A DNA stretch of 63,813 nt, counting the filler, from Olpidium bornovanus S191 (taxonomy: Eukaryota; Fungi; Olpidiomycota), in NCBI GenBank assembly GCA_017911155.1. It is 29 parts of 29 records of this genome, joined end to end, with 100 filler letters (N's around TTAATTAATTAA, not from the genome) between each part and the next. Parts side by side here need not be neighbours in the genome. Positions count along the whole stretch, not along the records: positions 24,002 to 28,135 come from JAEFCI010009432.1; positions 28,236 to 29,938 come from JAEFCI010000350.1; positions 30,039 to 32,240 come from JAEFCI010002735.1; positions 32,341 to 34,758 come from JAEFCI010012075.1; positions 34,859 to 38,769 come from JAEFCI010008908.1; 24 more parts are not named here. One strand, 5' to 3'. Below, one piece after another: positions 24,764 through 37,800 of this stretch. Each line of letters starts with the position of its first letter. Position 1 is the stretch's first letter. The position numbers were made by a program, and so were the translations under genes. The notes below the pieces were generated by a model. That model searched no databases and was not told the origin of the DNA. It saw only the letters and a program-made list of their open reading frames with translations.

Positions 24764-27397
24764 ATGGCGATGCTGACGTTCGCGGCGGCGGCCGTCCTGA
24801 TGCTCAGCGGCGGCTCGACGGCCGCGAAGCCGGCCGGCTCGCAGACCGCGTGGAAGGCTGAAGAGCGCTCGTGGACCGGCTCCCGGCCCGATTACGGCGT
24901 GACCCACCGCGTGTCCGAGATCACGATGAAGGACGGCGTCAACCTGTCGGTAACGTACACGCTGCCGGATCCAAAGTACTACGGCGAGGCGTTCCCCGTG
25001 CTGCTTGATTATCGGCCCTACCGGAAAGACGACTCGTACGTGTTTGCCTCCCCGCTCCCCCTTGCACCTTGCGCCCGGACGGTGGCGGTTTAGATTTCGC
25101 GGTGGCCCTAAAACGTCCGAATGTTCCCCCCTCCCCCCCCCCACGCACACATACAACTTGCAGGATGTACACGCACGATCACGAGTTCTTCCTGTATTTC
25201 GGTCGCCGCGGTTACGTCGTCGCCAAAGTGGACATCAGGGGCACCGGCTCCAGCGGCGGCCGGCTTGTCAACAAGGAATACTCGGAGGTGGAGCTCGACG
25301 ACGGCGCGGAGATCATCCGCCAGCTGGCCCACATGACCTGGAACGGCGGCGCCGTCGTCTCCAACCGGCGCGTCGCCATGTACGGCCAGTCGTGGGGCGC
25401 GTTTAACGCCCTGATGCTTGCCAGCCGGCAAACCCCGTACCTGGCGACCGTCTACGCCCTCCACGGCTCCGAGGACCTCTACTACAACGACGTCCACTAC
25501 CTCGACGGCGTCGTCCACAAGGACGAGTACATCCTCTCGGTCGACCACGAGAACGCGCTCCCGCGCTGGCCCGCGATGAAAATCGATGAGGAATTCATCG
25601 GCGACCGGTTCAACGCCACCCCGTGGCACATGGTCTACCTGCAGCAGCAGGTCGACTCGCCTTTTTGGCGGAACAACTCCGGGATGTACCACTACGACCG
25701 GTTCAGGATCCCGATGTACCTCGTGGGAGGGATCTACGACGCGTACGCCGACTTTTGCCTCCGCTACTACGACGGCATCCGGAAGGCGCAGGCGGACCCA
25801 CCCCGCATCAAGTGCACGATCGGCCCGTGGAACCACGCGTGGCCGCAGGGTATGCGGGGATTATTTTTTTTGCGTTTCGGTTTCGGCCAAGAGGAAACGC
25901 GGGATGCAAGTGGATCCTGACGTGCTCCTCGTTGCTATCCCTGCAGACTCGCTCATAGGACCCAATTACGACGGCCTCGGGGAGGCGGTGCGCTGGTTCG
26001 ACCAGTGGATGAAGGACTACGACACGGGGATCCTCGACGAGCCGGACTTCACCACCTTCGTCCGCGCCTCGCACAAGCCGGACCCGAACATCGCCGTCAT
26101 CCCCGGCCAATGGCGCGGCTTCGACTGGCCGGTGCCCTCGACAAAGTGGGAGCGCATGAGCCTGTCCGTCGGCGGCCGCCTCGAGCCCCTGGCGAAGGCC
26201 GAAGCCCGGTCCGCCCGGCCTTGTGAGCGGGCGGACGCATCCGCCTTCTGCCTCCGCCGGCAAGCCGTCCTTCCCTACAAGGCCACCGTGGGGACGGAGA
26301 TGGGCACGTGGTGGGGCGAGACGCTCGGCGACCAGGCCGACCTGGACGCCGACTCCCAGGTCTTCGACTCGGGCGTCCTCGCCGAGGAGGTGACGGTCAT
26401 CGGGTTCCCGAAGGTCTCCCTCCGCGTCTCCTCGACGGCGAAGCTCGCCCACTGGGCGGTGCGGCTGGAGGACGTCCACCCGGACGGCAAGGTGTCCCAC
26501 GTCACCGGCGCGCTCCGCAACGGCGCGCACCGCGCCGGCCGCGAGAGGCCGGCGCACCTCGAGCCCGGCGAGGACTTCGTGGTCTTGTTCGACCTGCACT
26601 TCACGACGTGGACGTTCCCGCCCGGCCACCGCATCCGCGTCGCCGTCTCGAACGCGCTCTTCCGGGTCGTCTGGCCCTCCCCGGAGCGGATGAACACCAC
26701 CCTGTTCGTCGACCAACCCGACACGTGGGTCGAGCTGCCGACGGTGCCGCCGCTGCCGCCCGGCGGGGCTTTCGTGCCCCCCTTCACGCAGACCCCCGTT
26801 CCCGCTGAGGCGACCGCGATCCCCGCGGATTCCACCAAATACAAGGCCGGCGGCTACCCGCGGCGGTACGCCGTGGAGCGCGTCGGATCCAAGAAGCTCG
26901 TCACGACCTCCGCGGACTACTACTTCCGCATCAAGGGCGCGCTCGTCGGCGCGATGTTGACGCAGCGGTGGATCGCCGACGACGAGAACCCCGCCCGATC
27001 GGCGTGGCTCAACGAGGCGCGCCAGCTCTACGTCTGGGACTACCCGGCCGACGCCTCCCTCCGGAACGCCGCGGGCGCGGCGCCCGCGCTAATGATGATG
27101 TCGCCCGAGTTCCGGAGCTTCCACGAGAGCTTCCCTGACAACTTCCCGTCCTCGTCGTCCCCGCCGCCCGCGACCATCCCGTCCCGCACCGGCGACTCGC
27201 CTTCGGGCTGGGTGTGGGTCAAGCAGGCGCCGGGCGCCGACCTCGCTGGCAAGCGCTGGATCGAGCTCCACACGAAGATGTCTATCGTCTCGGACGAAGA
27301 GTATTTCTATTCTTCTCTGACGCGGTCCATCTACGAGAACGGCACGCTGATCTCGACGAAGTCGTTCGAGCAGAAGGACCGACGCCGTTTCCAGTAA
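24764..27397 (+). CDS. Secreted CocE/NonD (peptidase S15-like) alpha/beta hydrolase (exons 24764-25035, 25164-25849, 25947-27397)
   Basis: Signal peptide; MKDGVNL; LLDYRPYRKDD; VDIRGTGSSGG; nucleophile GQSWGA; GGIYDAY; IGPWNHAWP; PepX_C-like VRLEDVHPDGKVSHVTGALRN. Two in-phase GT-AG introns. Confidence 0.92.
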
Positions 27398-27522
27398 AAA
27401 ATCTCCCGGCGAGAAACGGTCAAACTGTGCTCGCCGTCGTGCCGCCGTGTAAGCTGCAAGGACCCGACCAGCTGCCCTCGTTATCCACTTGAAGCAGAAA
27501 TACCTTAAGAAACTACAGCGAC

Positions 27523-27580
27523 ACACCGAACAGTACTAAGAATAGAATCGGCACACCGAATTCCTAGTACTGTTCGGTGT
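27523..27580. repeat. Perfect 16-bp inverted repeat with 26-nt loop
   Basis: ACACCGAACAGTACTA (27523-27538) and TAGTACTGTTCGGTGT (27565-27580). Confidence 0.9.
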
Positions 27581-28235
27581 TCGCGGGAATATATACCCCG
27601 TATATACACATACAAACAGATATATTATGTACGCCTACGTTTATAGAAGAGACTGTGTTTGTTCGTACGGCGGTCCCTTCCGGCAATTATCTCCCCATCA
27701 CATCCGCCACCCCGCCTCTTCCACCCCGACACCCCCTCGGGTTCAACGAGTGTACCCGGGGGTGTCGCTATATACGTATTTTAGGATAAGATTTTTGTTT
27801 GCTTTTCAACGCCACGAGGGTTATCGATTTGCGGACCCCCCATACTTCGTCGGGACGTCGCGTTGGCCTCTCGAACAGATAGCATCCTTCGCCGCCGGAA
27901 GCATACAGGGGGGGCGGCGGGTAAGGAGCCGGAGCGCAAGGCGGGCAGCGGCCGGTGTACTTTACAAATCCCAAATTTCTACGGTGCCAGAGGCATTTAA
28001 ACAAGTAAGAGAATCCGTTCTTGCGAGGACAGTACGGGTCTGCGATGCGGCAAATGATGTATATAGTCCGAGTGGTGTAGGCACACTTTTGATAAGAACT
28101 CCAGCAAACTACGGATGGGTGGATTTTGCGAACACNNNNNNNNNNNNNNNNNNNNNNNNNNNNNNNNNNNNNNNNNNNNTTAATTAATTAANNNNNNNNN
28201 NNNNNNNNNNNNNNNNNNNNNNNNNNNNNNNNNNN

Positions 28236-29790
28236 CATGTCCGTGATAACGCCATCCGTCAGCATTAGGAGAATATAGTAATCCACCGTTTCCTTGGACG
28301 GGTTCTCGGCCAGCGATAGCCTGACCTGCTCCGCTACTTCGTTGATGACCGGGCTGAAGTTCGTGGGCCCGTAGAGAGCGACGTTGTTCAGGGCGGTCGA
28401 GTACGCTGCGAGCACACCGGCGATACGGCTCACTTCGGGCTAAGCGGGCGGCCAAGTCAATCTCCGACCGTCGCTAGCAGGCCTTTTTTTGAATCCATCA
28501 CAAAATCGAGGGTGATTACAGACGTTTTGGGCGTTACCGTTTAGCGCAAAGCAATGCGAGACCGTCCCGTTAGGCAACTTTCCGCCATATCCGTACACCT
28601 GAAGGCGACAACGAAAGTTGGCATAAAAATTTCGCCGGAAAACAGGATAGGTGAACAGACGCAAGGAAGAAATAATGGAAGCGTAATTCTGTCTCTCTAC
28701 CGAAATAGACCAGCCGGCACCGCAAGTCCGGGAAGGCCAAGCCGCAACATAAACGCACCGGAAGCATCTTATCCGAGTCATACTCTTCCAGGATAGATCC
28801 AACAGACAAAATGGCCTGCTGGTACTCATTGTATCTGCCCGGACAATTGTAGTGAAGGGATTCCGGTGTTCTTGGATCACCTTACGAGGGACAGGGACGG
28901 GGAAGCTTGATCAGCAAGGAATAGGGCTGGTTTTGTTTTGCCTTCTTCTTGGAAACACGTCGCATTTTTCGACCCCATCGTGTTCGCACTTACCGTTGCT
29001 AGCCGTCCAATCGATTGCGACGGTCATTAGGATATTGGCGCCGCCGCGTATGTACTCCAAAAAACTATCAAAATTCGCGGTCGACTTTGAGGGACCGCAA
29101 AAGTAGCAACCGTGAGAAAGGCAGCAGCACCCCCACGCCGTCGCGCTCACGTTGGGATTTTGACCACGTCCCATTCGACGACCTGCAGCGTGCCGCACTT
29201 CCTGCCCGACGCGGGCAGCGACGCGAGAGGCACCACCAGTCCGCTCTGGAATTCCCTTCCCGTTCGGACAGCCTGACCGATGAGCTTGTGCTTGTTCCAA
29301 ATCTCCACTCTGAGAGAGATATCCAGGTTCCCGTTGCACAGCGTCAAGAGCGGCAGCTCAACCGGCGGCCAGACCGGGCTGGTCGACTTCGCGGCCGCTT
29401 GGGACTGGAACACCGGGTGAAACGCGTCGCCCGACGTGCCGACCGCGCGGGAAATGACGAAATGGGCTGTCGGCGTGCTGAGCAGCTAGAGTTAAATCGC
29501 CTGGTGAGCGGCGTCACAGAATCGAACGCGTGACACGGGAGGACGTCTGGGCAGGCAGTTACCCCCGAAGGGAGATTATCTGCGCGAAGGCAGAACCTTG
29601 AAATGCAAGATTTCTCAGAAAACCCCGTCGGTTCTGAACGCGCGTCAGGCAAAACCGCAGCATTCGTTTTTTCGGGCTCACCTTGCGACATAACCGTGTC
29701 CTGCCTCGTTGACCTCCTCCGCCGTCACTTTCAGCTTCCCGTTCGCCGCTCGCGCCGGATGGCAGATCCGAGCGACCAGCGTTGATCCTT
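28236..29790 (-). CDS. Copine (C2 + vWA), partial, multi-exon
   Basis: FLEYIRGGANILMTVAIDWTASN; ILEEYDSDKMLP; YGYGGKLPNGTVSHCFALNG; LYGPTNFSPVI; YYILLMLTDGVITDM; upstream C2-like LCNGNLDISLRVEIWN. Confidence 0.9.
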
Positions 29791-29858
29791 TGGAAGAGAC
29801 TGGACGCGCGTTCGCAAAAGCCTGGCTTCAGAAAACGGGGACCCGGGCCCGGAACGGC

Positions 29859-29899
<41 letters not shown>

Positions 29900-31465
29900 C
29901 GCGGGGGGGGGGGGGGGGGGGGCGGGCCGCGCGGGCCCNNNNNNNNNNNNNNNNNNNNNNNNNNNNNNNNNNNNNNNNNNNNTTAATTAATTAANNNNNN
30001 NNNNNNNNNNNNNNNNNNNNNNNNNNNNNNNNNNNNNNCATGGAAACTTCACTGAACCGCGAGGCCAGAACAACGACAATGCAAAACGATTTATTTTTTA
30101 GCAAGAGGGGGAAAACGCGCTACCTGCGTTCTGCTGTCACTGCTCGTCATTCTGATGTGGGCAATCGTTTTTCACCATATCTCAGTAAAAATTCGGAGAC
30201 TACTGATCAAAACGGCCGGATCAGGTCTTATAGCTCTGACACGACCCTCCGTGAGCAAGCGCCATGGTTGAGGTGAACAAATGAAGTACAGTAACTCAAT
30301 CTGTCAAACCGGCCAACGCCACTGGTGCCTTCCCTTTTTGATTCCTTGGCGATCCCAACCGCCGACAATATGGGAAGGTGAAGCCGGCAGCCGTATATGA
30401 TGTAGAGCCCTTGCGGTCCGTTTCCGAATGAGCGCTAAGGTCATCAAAGGCGGGCCTCCAAAATACACTACAACTTAGCGTCCGTCTTCCAACATTATAA
30501 CAGACGAGTTAGGCCGCAGTCAAACCTCATTATGTTTCAGTTGCGCGAGCCCCCTTGGAACCTCCGCAGAAGCCTGCATATACTCCCCGTCGCTTGAGCG
30601 TGATGGATGATTCCAGGATCTTGCGTCATTGCTTCGCTTCGAGAAAAGGGGCTATCAGGGATGTGGGGCTCCATGTGTAGATAGATTGTGCATTGCATAT
30701 TTTACAACTAATCATAACGTAACTATTATTAGTTCAAGTACTAATGCCATAAGTATTTCGTGACTTGATTCACCATAGCAACCCCCCCCCCTCCCCACCG
30801 TCCTCCAATGTGCCTTTCTTTTCCCCATCCGGCGCGCACGCGCGCCCGCGCCGGGGCCGGGGGGGGGGGAGGGGTGGTGCAGTTGAGGGGCTTTTCCGTG
30901 GTTTGTGCCGGTCTGAAACGCGAAGCGCCTTTCTCCTCGGCCCTCCGCGAAAACCTTCGGGGCAGGGCGATGACCCATAATTGGCGGGTCCCCACCGCTG
31001 CGCGTAAGCGAATCTGGAAGGACCAACAGTGCTTCGTCACCGCGCAACAACTTCCCCGGCGGGCCGCCTCCCCTCCCCCCACCCCTGCCCACTTAGATCC
31101 GTTTAACTCAGAACGCACAGACGTCCATTCGGACAACGGAGGCGCATTGCGAACGGGCGGAATCCGCGTTTTGTGAGTTTTTCGGGCGGGAGGAAGGGCG
31201 GCGGGCGGGAAGGTGAAGGGGGGGGGGAAGACGGGGGGAGGGGGAAGGGGTTGACACGTGCACACAAGGGTGAGGGGGAAAGGGTGGGCCTTTTGGTGCT
31301 GGAGAGCTGCTTGGGGTTATAAAAAAAATAAAAAAAAGAAATTATACGCCAATTCAACGTCTGAATGCGTTCGCAAAAAGCGGCCACTGCACGCATACCC
31401 ACGGGGCAGCAATCCCTGGCAACACAACCAATATTGCACAGGTTGAGACGAGCCGGCCAGAAATC

Positions 31466-32173
31466 ATGGTCGACGTGGCATTGATACTGTTCACGACGCT
31501 GTTTGGCCTGCTACTATTAATGTAAGGGGGCAGCGGGGGGGAGGGGAGCGTGGGGGATGAAAGAGGAAGGGAGGGGTGGTGGTTGAGGCGGGAGCCCGCC
31601 GAACAAACCGCAGGGGCGCTCCGGCTAGATTTGGCGAGGTTCGTTTTACAACGCTAACCGCCAAAGGCGCCCCGCGGCGGGGTAACCCCGTTCCGTTCAG
31701 AGCATCGACCTACTTCATGGTGTACTTCGCACATCCGGACGACAAATGGATAGCATGGTTCCCAAAAGTGGTCGTGGTACGGTTTTTTTCCTCTTTCTTT
31801 TTTTTCCCCCCGGCCTAGGGCTTTTCGGCCACGCGCGGACGCCGAGCGCATGAATACGTTTTGCAGTGCCTGACTCCTTTTCTTGCAAAAAAAAAAAAAA
31901 AAAAAAAAATCGCCGCGCTTTTTCCCTTTTATGCCTGCTTTTTCCTTCCTCTCTAAGGTACTGGGCATGGCGCTGGCCTGCTACAACATCCTCCTGCTGC
32001 CTTTGGATGTGGCAAACCAGCGAGGCCAGTTCGAAGCGGCTGGGGGCATCCCGATGCGGCCGATCAACATCGCCTTCTTCTTCGCGACCGTGTGCGGGTG
32101 TCTGACGATCGTGCCGTTCACGATCTTTTACTACGAGGGCGTCGACGACTCCGACGAAACGGACGACAAGACG
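31466..32173 (+). CDS. LMBR1-domain (LIMR family) membrane protein, N-terminal exons
   Basis: Spliced MVDVALILF...[43 protein letters not shown]...VPFTIFYYEG. Confidence 0.88.
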
Positions 32174-32421
32174 TAAGGGAACAAAAACTGGCCAGTCTAT
32201 GGGACGGCATATTTTTTTTTTTTTTGCTTTCCCTGTCGCCNNNNNNNNNNNNNNNNNNNNNNNNNNNNNNNNNNNNNNNNNNNNTTAATTAATTAANNNN
32301 NNNNNNNNNNNNNNNNNNNNNNNNNNNNNNNNNNNNNNNNCCCCCCCGCACCTCACAAGCGCGCTCACGCGGTCAGAAGACCTCCCCCGTCCCCCGACGC
32401 ACTCGCCAGCCCGACCAGGCC

Positions 32422-34048
32422 ATGTCTGCAACAATAGGCGGCGGCGCAGCACCGGCTGCCGGCGCCCTGGGTGTGTGGGAGAGGCACAAGCAGAACCCCG
32501 CGGACGCGTCGCTTTTTTCTGAAACCGCCGTGCTGCTTTTCGTCCCTACCGTCGCGGGCGGGAAGGGGCGCGCGGCAGTGAGGGCGTTCCTCGAGCGCGC
32601 CCATCCGCGCGCCGCAGACGGCGCTCCCGCCAAGGCGGCGGCGGCGCCGCGGGTCCTCAGCACGGTCGTCGGAGTCTCATCGCTCGTCGAGGAGTCCGTG
32701 TTCGACGACGCCCTTAACCGCGGGCACTGCGAGTGGATCTGTCCCGGCGCGGACCTCAGGAACGTCGTCGGGAAGCGCGTTACGATCCCAATGGTTCGCT
32801 GAGGTCTCCCCCCCCACACCCGGTGTGCTCGTCTATCGTCATTCTTCTCCGCAATGTGCCGGAAGCAGGCGGGCTCATGTCCCCGGGTCAGATTTTCATG
32901 TCGATTTCCGGCCTGCTGCTGATTTGCCTATATTGCGTAGGTTACGGTGGTCACCTTTTCCGGCGTTATGATTGAGTCCAAACACGTCTACTGGGACCAG
33001 GCCTCGGTTCTCGCCCAGATCGGCGTCTTGTCGCTTGCCCTGATCAGGAACAACAACATCCCCGTGCTCACCAACGCAGAGCAGGCTGAATTGGTCGAAA
33101 ATCCGGGGAGCTCCTCCTACAACAAACTGGCCAACGTCACGGAGGAGCTGAGCCACATGTCGGTGCAGGTCAGCATTAAGGTTTTCTTGTTCCGCGCCCT
33201 GGACCCATCAGCTCTGTTGCCAAATTGTCGGTTGATCGCGTCCCAGGTAGGTGCAGCGAAGGAATCTCATTCTCGCATGATCAATTTCATTTTTGATTAA
33301 GCAGAACCCGAGGACTGTCGAGGGAGAGAGCGTGGGTGAGCCAGCGAGCGGGATGTCAACCGCCACGTCGATGGCGACAACGGCAACCGAAATTGGGCTG
33401 GCTGACCCCAGTTTGCTTTCCAACAGATATCTTAAGCCAGGGCACCCAGAACGTCCAGTACCGCCTCAGCTCGCGTGTTCTGCAGCCGGGGGGGACGGGC
33501 GGTAAGAGCTCGGTATTCTCCGATGAACCCGAGACTCGCCGAACGATACCTGCAGACCCACGGCGCTACGAAACAAACATATCTTTTGGCAGCGACCCCA
33601 AAGAGGAGCAACCATCCGCGCCGTCGGGCACGGCGCGCAGGGACATGAACTCTCACTCCCAAAAGGGGGACGACGCGTCCGCTGACACACGACAGCCGGT
33701 GATTACGGGAAAGAAGGTGAATCCGAATAAGACGAACGTCTCTCAGTTCAGCCTCAACGGCGACCAGTCTGCGGATGCCAGCGAGAGTACGTCGATCACG
33801 GGGGCCAGGAAAAGGCCCGGGGCCTCCAACCCGAATCTTGTTAGCCAGTTTGGATTGAGTGCCGAGGACGCGAACGTCCCCGTCGAGCAGAAACGCTCGT
33901 CTCGGTGTGTACTGTATTTCTGTTTCTCCGATAAACGCCAAACGGCCGCGAATACACCTGGGTGCCAAAGCCTGATAAATCGATGTGTCTCCACTTTCCC
34001 AGTGTCACCCAGCCACCCGGCGGAGGATCTTCCGTCACTCTGGGTTGA
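32422..34048 (+). CDS. SnoaL/NTF2-like domain protein with a repetitive tail carrying PGG motifs (exons 32422-32793, 32941-33168, 33305-33335, 33427-33904, 34003-34048)
   Basis: All four introns are GT-AG and phase-compatible. The N-terminal domain has VTIPMVTVVTF...KHVYWDQASVLAQIG. The tail has SSRVLQPGGTGGKSS, and the protein ends SSRVTQPPGGGSSVTLG*. Confidence 0.75.
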
Positions 34049-34459
34049 CGTCGGTCCGGTCTCGTCTCGTTCCCCTTCCCGCTTCGACTAATTCTTGTTT
34101 CTTCGGCTTTTCGTAATCTCCAGAAACGCCTTCAAAATTCGATTTAGCAATACACACGTCCAAAACTAGTGGGGCCTAGATATCGCCTTCTACGCGTGTA
34201 GCCAGCGACGTGTAAGGAGAAAATATCGAAGTGTACCCAGCTGTTGTGGCGGCGATGCGAACGGCAGGAACGGACTAATCAAAGAGGCAGTATCGGTGAT
34301 TCGCTTCTATGGCACCTGAACAGCCACGTGTCGGTACAAAACTGGTGCGAGTGAGTGTGTATTGTGGTATATACAAGTGTAGAGTGGGTGATTTTGTTAA
34401 GTATACGGTGGACGAACCGACAAACTGCCGGCCTGTCGGGCTTCCATTGTCTTTCGAAA

Positions 34460-34758
34460 CTACCCTCCTTCGGCCAGCCTCCGCTCGAGTTCCGCCAGCT
34501 CGGCTTTCTTGGACGCCAGATCTGCCTTCGTCCGTTCGATGACGTCTCCGAAGCGTTTCTGCGAGAGGTTAGAAGAGCGCAATTTTCAACAAGCAGCAAT
34601 TTTAGGTCAAAACCAGAGACCAAACGTGCCCACGAGACGCACTTTGATGATGAGATTGGTGGCGTTGTTGTAGTCGGAAACTTTCCGTTCGATGGAGGCT
34701 TCGAGCTCGGCCACCTCGTCCTTGAGGACAGATTTTTGTAATTGCAAGGCGGACATGC
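34460..34758 (-). CDS. C-terminal coiled-coil exons of an unidentified gene
   Basis: LKDEVAELEASIERKVSDYNNATNLIIK|KRFGDVIERTKADLASKKAELAELERRLAEGG*, joined across a GT-AG intron. Confidence 0.6.
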
Positions 34759-34858
34759 NNNNNNNNNNNNNNNNNNNNNNNNNNNNNNNNNNNNNNNNNN
34801 NNTTAATTAATTAANNNNNNNNNNNNNNNNNNNNNNNNNNNNNNNNNNNNNNNNNNNN

Positions 34859-37800
34859 AAAGCGGCGGCGCGTGAATAGGGCTAGTGACGTCGGCGTGAA
34901 TCTGGAAGCGACCACGTACCCGTCTTCCGCGACCAGGCTTTCGATGCTCTGCAAGACTTTCGTGAGCACCGTCCGCATGTGCGCTCGCATTGGGTGCTCC
35001 GCCAAGTCCCCGGGGACCTCGTCCGCGGGCTCCGAAGTTTTTCCCACGGCTTTTTTCTTGAACGACACGGGCGTGTCTCCCCGCGAAGCGCCCTCGTCGT
35101 CGTCCTCCCTCTTCCTCCGGCCGCGTCTTTTCCGCGCCTCCGAACCTTCGTCCGCATCGGCCGAGGCGCCGCTGATCCTGCTCTGTCGCCGATCGCGCGG
35201 GGTGCTGGCGCCTGAGCGGGAGGGCGAGCTCCGGCCGCTGCCGGCAGCGTAGCTCGAGAGGCTGCCCTCCTCGTCCTCGTCCGCCTGCTCATCCCGGTAC
35301 TCTTCGCCTTCCGGCAGAGCTCCGTCTTCCCGGGGCTCGGACCGTTCCCGGGCCTCCTGCGCCGCGCGCTTTTTCGCCCGCTTTTCCATCTGGAGCCGCT
35401 TTTTGTGCACCTTTTGGTTCAGCGCCTCCTCGGCATCCATTTCTTCGTTCTGCATCGCCTCCATCCACTGCTCGTCCGTCAAGCCGTCCGCGTACTGCAC
35501 GGCCGTCCTGACGCGCCGACCCTTGCCAAACTCCTCCTCCGCGGACTCGACCTGCCGCATCCGCTCCTCGGCTCCAATGTCTCTCAGGTACACCTTCGGG
35601 AGCTCATTTTCCTGGATAAGCCGCGGCGCCGGAGGGCCCCAGTTGCCTCTTGCCCTCCACTGCTGCTCTTCCGCCTGCTCGCGCTCTCGGTCCATCTCGC
35701 GGAAGATTTCGGCCTCCTCGTCGGAGCGCGCGATCACCTCGTTTATTTCCTCGTCGTCCATGACCTCCGTCTCGTTCGCATCGTTTTCCTCAGGATCATT
35801 GGCCAGCAATGCCCTCTGGAACCAACAAGTCGTAAACCGATCAGAGGCGAATTCGCAGTATGATGATCAGGGAAAACAGAGAAATGAACCGCATCGACGC
35901 GGCATCCCGTACCAGCAGCGCGTCCCGGTCCTCTCCCGACGTCTTGTTGTCGAACTTCCCAGCTTGGATGACCTTCCCGTCGATGTCAAGTTTATACTGC
36001 GCCCGCGCGAGGATGTTCTCCTCAACGGACTTCTCAGTGATAAGCCGGAGGATGCGGACCTCTTTGGTCTGGCCGATGCGGTGTGCGCGGTCCTGAGCCT
36101 GTAGGTCCTGGTGCGGATTCCAGTCCGAGTCGAAAATAATGACCGTGTCGGCGGTCTGGAGGTTGAGCCCAAGGCCCCCGGCGCGCGTGGACAGGAGGAA
36201 GACGGAGACGTCCGACTCTGGGTCATTGAACTGCCTGAGCAGCTCCGACCGGTCGTCGGCCTTGATCGTGCCGTCCAGGCGAAGGTATTTGTAACCGCGG
36301 AAATGCAGGAAGTCTTCCATGATGGTCATGATCGTTGTCATTTGGAAAAAAATCAGCACGCGGTGGCCGGTCCGGAAAAACTTGGGGAGTATCCGGTCCA
36401 GCAGCTCGAATTTGCCGGACACTCGGTACAGCTTCTCGTCGTTCATGTTTGCCGGGTTGATCAACCGCTCCACATCTTCGAAGACGTACGGGTGGTTGCA
36501 GATCTTCCGCAGCTGCATGATCGTGTTGTTCAGACCTTTTACGCCTGACTTTCCTTTGATCCCGTCCGTCGTGTATAGCATGCCGTAGCTTTTCATTTGG
36601 TTGTAGAGCTTTACCTGCAGGGCGGACATCCTGCATTTGACTATCCGCTCGACCTTGTCCGGCAGCTCGGCCTCCACATCCTTCTTCAGCCGCCGAAGTA
36701 GGAACGGCCGGAGTACCTTGTGCAGGCGTTTGATCACCAGCAGCTGCTCTTCTTCCGTCAGCGCAATTTTCTCCTGGCCACCCTGCGACGAAAAGGGGGG
36801 ATTGAACCACTCGTCGAAACTTTTCACGGAATTGAATATCCTGGGCAGCACGAAGTTCAGCAACGCCCACAGCTCCGGGAGATTATTCTAGGGGGGGTGG
36901 GGAAGGAAGGAAACGAGCAGTCAGCCGCAGGAAACTCAGACCTTGGGAATATAATCCTCTATTCGACTTCAGTCCTTCCTCACCTGCAGAGGAGTTCCAG
37001 TCAAGATCAGCCGGTACCGAGTGGTATAATATTGTGTTAGAACCATGGTGAGTTTGCTCTGGGTATTCTTCATCCGGTGACCTTCGTCGATGATCATGTG
37101 AACCCATTTGACTTTGGCAAGCGTGGGCCGATCCTTGATGATGTACTCGTAGGTGGTGAGCAGGACATGAAAGTTCATCTGGCGAACCTCCGCTTGCAGA
37201 GCTTTCCGCTGGCTGGGAACGCCTTTGTACACTATTTTCGACACGGACGGAGCCCACTTCTCGAATTCGAGTGTCCAGTTGGTAAGGGTCGAGAGCGGCA
37301 CGATAATAAGGAACGGGCCGTTCTGCTTCTTGACCTCCATCAGGTGTGTGATCAGCGAGATGGTCTGGATGGTCTTGCCGAGTCCCATCTCGTCGGCCAA
37401 GATGCCGTTCAGGCGGTTGTTGTACAGCGACACCATCCACTGCAGGCCCTTGAGCTGGTATTCCTTGAGCGCGCCGCCGACAAGGATAGACGGCTGCTCG
37501 TGGACCACCTCTTTGATCCTGTGGGCCTCGCCGTAGTAATCGCGCTTGACCTTTGCTTCTTCAAAGGCCTGTCCTTCGTCGTCCATCAGCTCCACTCCGC
37601 CGCGCATAGTGGGGTCGCTGTGCAGCTCGTCAGCCTGCTGGGCGCGCACGCTTTGGGCAAGGTTGTTGAGATACTCGTCCGTCTGCTGGAGGAGGTGAGT
37701 GATGCGCGTGTCCTTGGCCTGGTCCACCAGCTTCAAATACGCCTCTTCGTCATCATTCTTCAGGGCCGACAGACGGGCTTTGGACATCCTGTCCGCTTTC

